From positions 1-49,909 of the forward strand of contig JAEOTQ010000166.1 of the NCBI GenBank assembly GCA_016839785.1: a stretch of 49,909 nt of DNA, read 5' to 3'. This DNA comes from Candidatus Hodarchaeota archaeon. GTDB taxonomy: Archaea > Asgardarchaeota > Heimdallarchaeia > Hodarchaeales > Hodarchaeaceae. The notes beneath the pieces are model-generated. The model was not told where the DNA came from and did no database searches. It worked only from the letters and a program-made list of their open reading frames with translations. Positions within the stretch are counted from its first letter, which is position 1; each line of letters begins with the position of its first letter. The position numbers were made by a program, and so were the translations under genes. Positions 9,274 through 17,553 of the stretch are shown here, one piece after another.

Positions 9274-10185
9274 ATGAAAAATCGTCAACCTAATACAGAT
9301 TTTGAGGATCCAGAAATGGAACAAGTAGATGATTTTTCATTTCCAGGTCGAAAATCGTTATTAGAAAGTTTGAAATTACAGTTAGGGGTGATTGGAGACG
9401 TATGGATTCATCATGCCTACTCTGTGCCGTCCAAAGACCCTTTATTAATCGATGAAAAATATGAAATTGATTATCAAGATAAAATTATTGTTCCTTCAAT
9501 TCTTCATACTCTAATAGATAAAGTTGGTGGGAAACGAACAACAAGTCTCTCTGCTATCTGTGGGATGAAGAGCCCAGAGTTAATTTTCCTTCATGATCCC
9601 GCCACGATGAACCTCTCAGTCGTATTCCAGGAAAAACTATGGGTGACTGAGGTTTTACTAAAACAGGCCAATTTTTTGTATCCTACTCCGTCAACTCGTG
9701 AACATGCATTAACAAATTTAGAAAAGACGAAAGTCGAAGTAATCCATTCTGATATTTCTATAGAGTTAAATGGACATCGAACAGAGAGAGGAATTGAACA
9801 GGATGAAGTTTTAATTCCCCTTGACTCAAATTATCGTCCAGTTCTTGGAGGAAAAGATCCTGCGTCAAAGTTTAAACTTCCATTCCCAAGGTTATTAGAT
9901 GCTGGAGAACTTGTACTTATGATATCTGATGCTATCTCTTCTTCTGCAAAAATGTATCTTGGGACTGTAAATGTTCGCTTGAATGAAGATCAAGTTGCGT
10001 TGGAATACCCTCTCGAGGCACATATCGCTGGACTTAAGCTTTATAAACGCTATATTGACGTTATTGAGGTATACTCTCCTTCTCAATTAGAAAAGACGGA
10101 GTTACAAAAAATTAACTTTCGTATTTACAGAACAGAAATGTCAAGACATCTCCGACTGTTAATTAATTTACTCCACATTCGATGA
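9274..10185 (+). CDS. Hypothetical protein
   Basis: 303 aa ATG-initiated ORF with a globular composition; no family recognised. Confidence 0.75.
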   Translation: MKNRQPNTDFEDPEMEQVDDFSFPGRKSLLESLKLQLGVIGDVWIHHAYSVPSKDPLLIDEKYEIDYQDKIIVPSILHTLIDKVGGKRTTSLSAICGMKSPELIFLHDPATMNLSVVFQEKLWVTEVLLKQANFLYPTPSTREHALTNLEKTKVEVIHSDISIELNGHRTERGIEQDEVLIPLDSNYRPVLGGKDPASKFKLPFPRLLDAGELVLMISDAISSSAKMYLGTVNVRLNEDQVALEYPLEAHIAGLKLYKRYIDVIEVYSPSQLEKTELQKINFRIYRTEMSRHLRLLINLLHIR

Positions 10186-10201
10186 TTCCGTTTAAACAGA
10201 A

Positions 10202-10702
10202 TTAGAGTTCTTTGTCATGGTTTGCAATCATTTCTTTAGCTTCTTCTATCCAAATACGAGTTAGTTGTAATTTAGAGAGGTCTTTCTGTTTCTGTATCAG
10301 ACTTTCATGACGAGACTCATACTCGTTCCTACTGATCCTTTGTAAGATAAAATCCCGTTCAATTTGCTCTATCTCTGCACTAACAATTCCATCCATTGTT
10401 TGAAAGTAAATAATAGCAGCTGATGCGATCGTGCTCAATAAGTCTAAACCTGGTGTAGAAATATAATAGACATAATGAGGAGAGGGAAAAGGTTCGACTC
10501 TTCGTTCAGCAATATATTGGGAGCACATTAGCTTCAAGTGTTTTTCGACAGCTGGGCGGGAAATGTTTAAGAGAGAGGCAAGTTTTTGAGGATTTTTAGG
10601 TTCTTGAGTAATTAAAGTGATTATCTTCTGTCTTGTCGGATCTGAAAGAATTTTCAGAATCTCTGCAGTTCGTTTTTCTAAATTATCAGACAGAAAATTC
10701 AT
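10202..10702 (-). CDS. ArsR-family wHTH regulator with C-terminal SHOCT-like helical motif
   Basis: LKILSDPTRQKII...LASLLNISRPAVEKHLKLM; C-terminal EIEQIERDFILQRISRNEYESRHESL. Confidence 0.85.
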   Translation of the reverse strand: MNFLSDNLEKRTAEILKILSDPTRQKIITLITQEPKNPQKLASLLNISRPAVEKHLKLMCSQYIAERRVEPFPSPHYVYYISTPGLDLLSTIASAAIIYFQTMDGIVSAEIEQIERDFILQRISRNEYESRHESLIQKQKDLSKLQLTRIWIEEAKEMIANHDKEL

Positions 10703-10741
10703 CCTCGCATCGTTTATAACTTTAAATAAGGAAAATTAATA

Positions 10742-10921
10742 TTTACGATTTGTAAACATCTAGTAAGTTCGAATTAATAAAGATTCGGAACATTTAACTT
10801 TTGGGTTTACAGTATATACTGATAAGTTTCGGCTCTAAACTCAATTTATTAGAATATCTTAAAACAATTTCTGCTTTAAGTTATGAAAGAGAGCAGATAC
10901 ACTTGTAGAAATTGCTTTACA
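10742..10921. promoter_or_regulatory. Divergent promoter region with candidate operator palindromes
   Basis: TTTAC-N5-GTAAA (10742-10756), perfect CAGTATATACTG (10810-10821), TGTAGA-N6-TTTACA (10904-10921). Confidence 0.4.
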
Positions 10922-10966
10922 TACTAATTCCATAAAATATCTACTCTAATATTCTAAACGAATAAA

Positions 10967-11821
10967 ATGTTGAGAACTATGTCGAATAAAGAAATAGAAG
11001 ACCTTAAAACATTAATTAAAGCATTAGAAATACGTTTACAAGCTGATGAGATCACAGAGGCTGAGTATAAAGAATTAAAAGAGAAATACAATACAAAACT
11101 TCAAGAGGAAATTGGAGCGCTTAAGGAACACAGTTTTCTAAGGAATTTATCGTATATATCCATATCAGGTTCTGGGAAAGTAACTGACTCTTATGTAACA
11201 ATCTCTGGATCAGGCAGAATTGAAGGGTGGAGAGATGGTACAATCACGATTTCTGGGTCAGGTAAGGTTAGTGATGAAGAAATAAAGATTTCTGGATCAG
11301 GAACTCTCCCAGGAGATCTTAAAACTGATTCATTATCAGTTTCTGGTTCATTAAAGGCTGAAGGTCCAATCGAAGCTGGAAAATTCTTATCATCAGGTTC
11401 ATTCAAAGTTAATGGGGAGTTAACTATTCACGAGCGCTTTGATTCATCGGGTTCAGGTAAAATTGATGGTTCTCTCTTAGCTGAAAGTGCTTCTGTCGTG
11501 TCTAGTGGATCTCTTAAGGTTGAGGGCGATGTTATCTGTGACAAAGCAGAGTTTTCAGGTGCTTATAAAATCTCTGGATCGGTGGAATGTAAGAATGAGT
11601 TTACTTCAGAGATAAACGGGAGATGCAAAATTGAAAATGATTTAATATGTGGTGGAGATATATTTATAGAGCAAGACTCTAGAAAAGGATTTTTGACAGT
11701 TAATCACATAAAATCTGATGGAGAAATTTATCTTGAGGGTGTTGAAGCCAAAACTGTGCGTGGAAAAAAAGTTAAGGTAGGACCAGAGTGTAATATTGGT
11801 TCCATTGAAGAAACGGGTTAG
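10967..11821 (+). CDS. Polymer-forming cytoskeletal (bactofilin-like, YhbE/YhbF type) protein with N-terminal SHOCT-like domain
   Basis: About nine xxxSGSxKV/I beta-helix repeats; C-terminus EIYLEGVEAKTVRGKKVKVGPECNIGSIE as in Firmicutes YhbE/F; N-terminal LEIRLQADEITEAEYKELKEKY. Confidence 0.82.
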   Translation: MLRTMSNKEIEDLKTLIKALEIRLQADEITEAEYKELKEKYNTKLQEEIGALKEHSFLRNLSYISISGSGKVTDSYVTISGSGRIEGWRDGTITISGSGKVSDEEIKISGSGTLPGDLKTDSLSVSGSLKAEGPIEAGKFLSSGSFKVNGELTIHERFDSSGSGKIDGSLLAESASVVSSGSLKVEGDVICDKAEFSGAYKISGSVECKNEFTSEINGRCKIENDLICGGDIFIEQDSRKGFLTVNHIKSDGEIYLEGVEAKTVRGKKVKVGPECNIGSIEETG

Positions 11822-11907
11822 TCTGTAAACTGACAAAAAATGGGAAATACACTCATTCAAAGGAAAACAATAACTTAACATCTTTCGTTACCAAACATAA
11901 CAAAAAT

Positions 11908-12672
11908 CTGATAGTTTGGTGTATAACAGGGGGAGGAGATTTTTTTGAGGATAATTATCATGTACTTTTAGATATGCTTTCAAAAAAAATTCCAATTTTA
12001 GCTGTTTTTTCTGATGCAGGTGCATTTGTCTACAATAGATATGGTTTTTTCTGGAATTTGAGTAGATTAGATTCAGAAATGGATAATTTTAGAGTTTTAT
12101 TTGAGAGCGATTTCGTGCTGAATCATAATATTGAACAACTATTGAGAAAGAAAGAAATCCCGTACTCAACATTGCCTAGAGATCCTTGCTTTGCCAAAAG
12201 TATCTGGTTAGCAAATCAGAACTTAAAATGCATTATCGCAAGTCCATTAACTTCCAATTCTGTTGCGAAACTTACAACGGGGATAAATGATACCTTGGTA
12301 CTCAATCTCTTGTCTGCAGGAAAAAAAGCTGGTCAAATGATTGGAATTTTCCCAACCGATAGAGGGTTCGATTCCATTACCTCCAAGCTACCTGTTCGAA
12401 AAACCAAACCTGTGGATTCAAAAGATTTGGATCCTAAAGTTTGTTCCTATGGAGCTCTAGACTTAGAAAGCTCTTCAAATGCAGAATATCTGTCAGAGTT
12501 TTGTGTAGGGTGTAGAAAATGCGTAGAGAAATATCCAGAGATTTTTTCCGTCGATGAAGAAATTGAGATTCATATAAGATCAATTGATCAAGTAAATACA
12601 CAGAAGTTAAGTGATGAATTCCGTGTTTTTCATTCCCCAGAAGAAATATCAAGTTTTATTTCAGCATTGTAA
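11908..12672 (+). CDS. HFCD/AfpA-like flavoprotein with ferredoxin insert (DmrX-like dihydromethanopterin reductase homolog); true start uncertain
   Basis: In-frame LIVWCITGGG motif upstream of ATG11974; SPLTSNSVAKLTTGINDTLV; CSYGA and CVGCRKC. Confidence 0.75.
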   Translation: MIVWCITGGGDFFEDNYHVLLDMLSKKIPILAVFSDAGAFVYNRYGFFWNLSRLDSEMDNFRVLFESDFVLNHNIEQLLRKKEIPYSTLPRDPCFAKSIWLANQNLKCIIASPLTSNSVAKLTTGINDTLVLNLLSAGKKAGQMIGIFPTDRGFDSITSKLPVRKTKPVDSKDLDPKVCSYGALDLESSSNAEYLSEFCVGCRKCVEKYPEIFSVDEEIEIHIRSIDQVNTQKLSDEFRVFHSPEEISSFISAL

Positions 12673-12676
12673 CTGA

Positions 12677-13228
12677 TTAAGTATTAAGTCGTTTGTATTC
12701 TTCAATATATTCTCCAATGATAAGACCTAATTGTCCAAAAGCTTCTGTTACATTTAATCCTGATTTAGCAGATGTTTTTAAATATTTAATATTGAAGGGA
12801 ATATCGTGAGTCTCTGATTGCGATTTTTTAATGAAATGATCAATTTGTTCTTGATCTATGGCCCCAGGAAGGTCGCTTTTATTGCCTAATATGATGTAAG
12901 GGATTTCTCGACCAACATTTGTAAAGAGTTCCGTTTTCCAATTCTCTAAACTGTAAAGCGAATCTAATCGGGTTTGATCAAAAACTAATATTGCTCCATG
13001 TGAGCCTTTGTAATACAGTGCTCTAACAGCAGAAAATCGTTGTTGTCCTGCTAAGTCCCAGATTTGAAATTTATATTGAATATCTCTGATAGTAAGATTT
13101 TGAACAGCGAAATCAGCTCCTATGGTTAAAATATAGCCACTTTGGAAACCTTTTCCCAAAAAACGTTCGCGTAAAGATGTCTTTCCTACTCCTCCGTCTC
13201 CTAACAGGCATATTTTGTATAATGGCAC
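12677..13228 (-). CDS. Rab-like small GTPase
   Basis: G1 GDGGVGKT, G2 TIGADF, G3 WDLAGQ, G4 NKSD, G5 SAK; no C-terminal Cys. Confidence 0.93.
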   Translation of the reverse strand: MPLYKICLLGDGGVGKTSLRERFLGKGFQSGYILTIGADFAVQNLTIRDIQYKFQIWDLAGQQRFSAVRALYYKGSHGAILVFDQTRLDSLYSLENWKTELFTNVGREIPYIILGNKSDLPGAIDQEQIDHFIKKSQSETHDIPFNIKYLKTSAKSGLNVTEAFGQLGLIIGEYIEEYKRLNT

Positions 13229-13480
13229 ATTTTACCCTCTTTTAGGAATGATTTTTATGTACTCTTTATTTAATCAATGTCTGTGTTAATTAACTAGCTC
13301 ATTCGGGGTTTTAATAAATTCTCCTAGAGAGAATCTTCAAAGTAGATTTTGGTAATATGATTCATATATATTTACGTTAAAATGAGTTAATCTTAAACAC
13401 TAAGTAAACAAATTAATGAATAAAGAACTAGCTTATAAGCGTTTTATAACAAATCTATACGCATTTAAGGGTGAGAACTA

Positions 13481-14680
13481 TTGGACGAAAGTTCATTTTT
13501 TCTAGCAACCGAAGAGGAAATAAAGAAGGCAAAAACGACTGATGTTTACTTCTTACGAACTGAAGAAGTATTGAAGAAGGAATCACTTGATGTTAAAGTC
13601 GCCGTTGAGGTAACCGCATCGTCTATAAAGAATTCGAGTTGGGGAATCTTATCAGGAATTGAAGATGTTCTTGATCTATTGGTTGGACTGGATATTGATG
13701 TTTATACGATGCCAGAGGGATCATTATTTCAGAAAGAAGACGAAAAAGGTGTAAAAGTCCCTACAATTATAATAATAGGTAAATATCTAAACTTTGCTAG
13801 ATTTGAAACACCTCTACTCGGTTTTATATGTTCTAAGAGTGGAATGACTACAAAAACTGCCCGTATTCGTTTAGCAGCCAAGAACAAGTCAGTACTGAGT
13901 TTTGGAGCACGTAGAGCTCATCCTGCAATTACTCCAGTTGTGTCATACTGTGCCTACATCGGAGGTTGTGATGGAATCAGCTGTATCCTAGGAGCTGAAA
14001 AGGTGGGAGTTGCACCTACAGGCACGATTCCCCATTCTCTTATCATTCTTTTTCAAGATCAAATAGCAGCTTGGAAGGCGTTTGATACTCACATCCCGAA
14101 ATCAGTACCTCGCATAGCCCTTGTCGATACATATTATGATGAGAAAATTGAAGCAATATTAGCAGCAGAAGCAATTCCTGATCTTGTAGGAGTTAGGTTA
14201 GATACTCCCTCTTCTCGTAGGGGAAATTTCAAGAGTATCATCCAAGAAGTAAGATGGGAACTTGATCATCGAGGATTTTCAGGTGTAAAAATATACATCT
14301 CTGGAGGATTAGGGGAAGAAGATGTTCTTGAGTATGTAGAACTAGTAGATGGATTTGGTATTGGTAGCGAAATTAGCGCTGCACCACCAATTGATTTTGC
14401 TCTAGACATTGTATCAATAGCCTCAGAAAAAGGTGAGTGGAAACCTGTAGCTAAACGAGGGAAATTTTCTGGGAGAAAAAAGGTTCTACGGTGTGAAAAA
14501 TGCCTAAAGATAGAAGTTATATCTTGGGAAAATGAGGATGGGTTTTGTGGTCACTGTCAGATCCCAATGAAACCATTTTTAGTAAAACAACTTGAGAAAG
14601 GTAAAAGAATCAGTAAGAAACCATCCATTGAAGAGATAAGAACGTACATTTTAAACCAACTTGAGGTAATAAGAAAATAG
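13481..14680 (+). CDS. pncB: Nicotinate phosphoribosyltransferase (archaeal type with C-terminal Zn ribbon)
   Basis: TDVYF, SFGARRAHP, GTIPHS, LVDTY, GVRLDTPSSRRG, SGGL, DGFGIG; CEKC/CGHC. Confidence 0.93.
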   Translation: MDESSFFLATEEEIKKAKTTDVYFLRTEEVLKKESLDVKVAVEVTASSIKNSSWGILSGIEDVLDLLVGLDIDVYTMPEGSLFQKEDEKGVKVPTIIIIGKYLNFARFETPLLGFICSKSGMTTKTARIRLAAKNKSVLSFGARRAHPAITPVVSYCAYIGGCDGISCILGAEKVGVAPTGTIPHSLIILFQDQIAAWKAFDTHIPKSVPRIALVDTYYDEKIEAILAAEAIPDLVGVRLDTPSSRRGNFKSIIQEVRWELDHRGFSGVKIYISGGLGEEDVLEYVELVDGFGIGSEISAAPPIDFALDIVSIASEKGEWKPVAKRGKFSGRKKVLRCEKCLKIEVISWENEDGFCGHCQIPMKPFLVKQLEKGKRISKKPSIEEIRTYILNQLEVIRK

Positions 14681-14726
14681 CATAGAAGTTTTTTTCAAAC
14701 ACAATTTCTAATAGAAACATAAAGAA

Positions 14727-15413
14727 TTGGATACGGGTAAAATGCGTACGAAAAAAATGTTAGATTTTCCAATAAAAATCACTGGTAATGATGCGTTATT
14801 GGTTATTGACATACAAAATGATTTTTTACCTGGAGGGAGTCTAGCTGTTACGGATGGAGATACTATAATTACAGGTATAAATGATCTAAGAACAACGTTT
14901 TCACACAACAATCAAATCATTTTCACACAAGATTGGCATCCCTCTGATCACCAGTCTTTTGCTAGTGTCCATTCTGGGAAAAAACCTTTTGATGAATATT
15001 CCAGTCCAGGATTGGGTCCTGTTCTTTGGCCTGATCATTGTATCCAAGGTTCAAAAGGAGCAGAATTCGCATCGAACCTTGATCAAAATATGGCTAAAAT
15101 GATTCTAAGAAAAGGATATCATAAAGAACTCGATTCGTATTCTGCATTCTTAGAAAACGATAAGAAAACACTAACTGGATTGAATGAGTATCTAAAGGCA
15201 TTTAATGTTTCCAGAGTGTTTGTCTGTGGATTAGCTTTGGATTACTGTATCAAATATACTGCTCTAGACGCGTACAAATTGGGCTTTGAAGTATTTGTCA
15301 TTCTTGATTTAACAAAACCTGTAATTACAGAAAAATCATCCATTAAAGAAATACTAGCTGATTTTGAATCCAATCAGATTAATATAATAATTTCTGATCA
15401 AATTCGAGAATAA
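14727..15413 (+). CDS. pncA: Nicotinamidase/pyrazinamidase
   Basis: IDIQNDFLPGGSLAV, QDWHP, WPDHC, DSYSAF, GLALDYC. Confidence 0.95.
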   Translation: MDTGKMRTKKMLDFPIKITGNDALLVIDIQNDFLPGGSLAVTDGDTIITGINDLRTTFSHNNQIIFTQDWHPSDHQSFASVHSGKKPFDEYSSPGLGPVLWPDHCIQGSKGAEFASNLDQNMAKMILRKGYHKELDSYSAFLENDKKTLTGLNEYLKAFNVSRVFVCGLALDYCIKYTALDAYKLGFEVFVILDLTKPVITEKSSIKEILADFESNQINIIISDQIRE

Positions 15414-15458
15414 AATTGAGAAAGAAAATAGTCAAAAACCTCTGCGATTGAGAAATGT

Positions 15459-15902
15459 TTGGTTTTTATTTTGATTTTATATTGGATAGATAAAGAGAGA
15501 TTTGGTGGAGCAAGTCAACCACAACTATCTGATCTACCATTTCTTAAAAGTATAGATTTAGCAGGAATAATCTGTTTACAAGAAGAAAGTACATCAATGG
15601 AATTAGCACATTTACTTGATATTGCGTACCTACATCGGCCTATTCCAGATTTTGGAGTACCGTCCTCTGAAGATCTTCCAGAGATACTTAATTTCTTGTC
15701 TCATCAACAGAAAATAAAACCAAATTTTCCCATACTAATACATTGCACTGCAGGGAATGGACGAACTGGTACCATTCTTGCTTCTGTGATCAAAATTCTA
15801 GATCAGATGACTGCTAAGGACGCGATTCAGAAAATAAGAACACTAAATCCATTAGCAATTGAAACTGAGGAACAAGAAAAATTCATACATGATCTTGTAT
15901 AA
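15459..15902 (+). CDS. Dual-specificity/protein-tyrosine phosphatase (CX5R)
   Basis: PIPDFGVP acid loop, IHCTAGNGRTG P-loop, AIETEEQ. Confidence 0.9.
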   Translation: MVFILILYWIDKERFGGASQPQLSDLPFLKSIDLAGIICLQEESTSMELAHLLDIAYLHRPIPDFGVPSSEDLPEILNFLSHQQKIKPNFPILIHCTAGNGRTGTILASVIKILDQMTAKDAIQKIRTLNPLAIETEEQEKFIHDLV

Positions 15903-15928
15903 AATTTCAACCTCCACATCAAATTAAA

Positions 15929-17080
15929 TCATTTTTCGCTTTTCTTGGATCTTGGTAAACATATTTCGGTTAGGAAATCCATGAAAGTTTTTTCTGCAGC
16001 ATTTATTTCTTGGATACTAACTCTCTCATCAGATATGTGGATTCTCTTTGGATCTCCTGGGCCATAAAGCACAAAAGGGAGATTAATTGGAGCGTTTGAA
16101 ACTAATACTGCCCCATCTGTTGCGTAATTTAATCCTGAAACAGGTTGATTTCCTGATTTTTCAATGAATTTTCTGACAAAATCATCATCTTCCGACGACT
16201 TTATTACGGGCATTGTTTGATTTATAACTAATTCAAACTTTGCAGGGCTTTCAGCAGCAAATTCTTCAATTTTTTGAGCTAAATTCTCACTAAATTCTTC
16301 TGGTTGAACAGGTGGAACTAGACGATAGTCACATTGGACCTCTGCTCGTTCTGGAACAACATTTGCAATATTTCCACCCTGTATAACCCCAATATTCAGT
16401 GTACTTCTACCTAGAATATCATCTTTGGTTTTAGGTACTGACGAATGTAGGATAGGAAAAATTTTAACTAGCTCCTCAATCGCATTTATCCCTTTTTCAG
16501 GTGCTGATCCATGAGCAGATTTACCAGAAGCAATTATTGATACCCATAAAACACCCTTTTCAGCAATACCAACTTTCAATCCTGTAGGCTCGGGAACGAT
16601 AAGAAATTCAGTTTTATCCAATAAACCTAGCTCTATAGAGGCTTTAACTCCTCCCAGTCCAACCTCTTCATCACTTGTACCTAGAAAAGTGATATTATAT
16701 TGCATATCTGAGTCTTTGAAGTTATCTTTAAACGTTTTTAAGCTGTTGAGGGCAATAGCTACTCCTGATTTCATATCAGCTGAGCCTCTTCCATAGATAT
16801 AATTATTCACCACTGTTCCTCCAAATGGATCATGTTTCCAATTATCTATGTCTCCAATTGGAACAGTATCCAGATGTCCACATATCAAAATCGTTTTATC
16901 GGCTTTACCGATAGTTAATACAATATTTCCTCGATCTTTTTCATACCAATGAGTTTCTACAGGAATATTTTCAGCTTTTGCCCAGTGTTCAATCCACTCA
17001 ATGATTTTCTTAGTTTTTCCTGGCGGATTTTCTGTTTTTATCTGAATTAAATTCTTTAATATTGATATACTATTTGTCAT
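15929..17080 (-). CDS. M20 family metallopeptidase (ArgE/DapE-like)
   Basis: GHLDTVP, YGRGSADMKSG, DEE, EPT, HGS, YGPG..IH..DE; ATG at 17080 abuts the upstream stop codon. Confidence 0.92.
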   Translation of the reverse strand: MTNSISILKNLIQIKTENPPGKTKKIIEWIEHWAKAENIPVETHWYEKDRGNIVLTIGKADKTILICGHLDTVPIGDIDNWKHDPFGGTVVNNYIYGRGSADMKSGVAIALNSLKTFKDNFKDSDMQYNITFLGTSDEEVGLGGVKASIELGLLDKTEFLIVPEPTGLKVGIAEKGVLWVSIIASGKSAHGSAPEKGINAIEELVKIFPILHSSVPKTKDDILGRSTLNIGVIQGGNIANVVPERAEVQCDYRLVPPVQPEEFSENLAQKIEEFAAESPAKFELVINQTMPVIKSSEDDDFVRKFIEKSGNQPVSGLNYATDGAVLVSNAPINLPFVLYGPGDPKRIHISDERVSIQEINAAEKTFMDFLTEICLPRSKKSEK

Positions 17081-17081
17081 T

Positions 17082-17369
17082 TTAGGGATTATCCACATTT
17101 ACAATCTCTTGTCCGATAAACTCTTCCTTTTCGTTAACCAAATTTGCATAATCATCAACTGGGACTTCCGCATAAATAGGTCCTTTATACTCACAGTTAG
17201 AGCAGATATAAGTTGAAGGTGCAATAAACGTCAGAAAAGAAGTTTGTATTGATAACGTACTCTGCAGACAAACTGGACAAACGCGAATAACTTCCTGAGA
17301 AGTGTTCCCTCTTCGCATCATCCTTCTTATTTCTCCAAATTTTCTAAAAAATTGCCTCATCCAAATCAT
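17082..17369 (-). CDS. Small Zn-ribbon protein with basic amphipathic N-terminus
   Basis: CPVC...YICSNCEYKGP; N-terminal WMRQFFRKFGEIRRMMRR. Confidence 0.8.
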   Translation of the reverse strand: MIWMRQFFRKFGEIRRMMRRGNTSQEVIRVCPVCLQSTLSIQTSFLTFIAPSTYICSNCEYKGPIYAEVPVDDYANLVNEKEEFIGQEIVNVDNP

Positions 17370-17553
17370 GTATCAATTTTGTTTTAATGATTTAGAGTTT
17401 TCTGAAACGTTTATCAGCTTTGTTTCTATTTATCTACATCAAAAGGTGACAAAACAAAACGATTCTTGAGACGTTGTGAAAACCTTTTTTTACCTCATTA
17501 TCACAGAATATTTGTAATATAGAATAACCTTCATGCTCCAGATTTGAACCAAT

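Noticed and set aside
11150-11580. Recurrent TCTGG/TCAGG DNA motifs as a CRISPR or tandem DNA repeat
   Set aside because: They are codons for SGSG protein repeats with synonymous variation; there is no constant repeat-spacer structure
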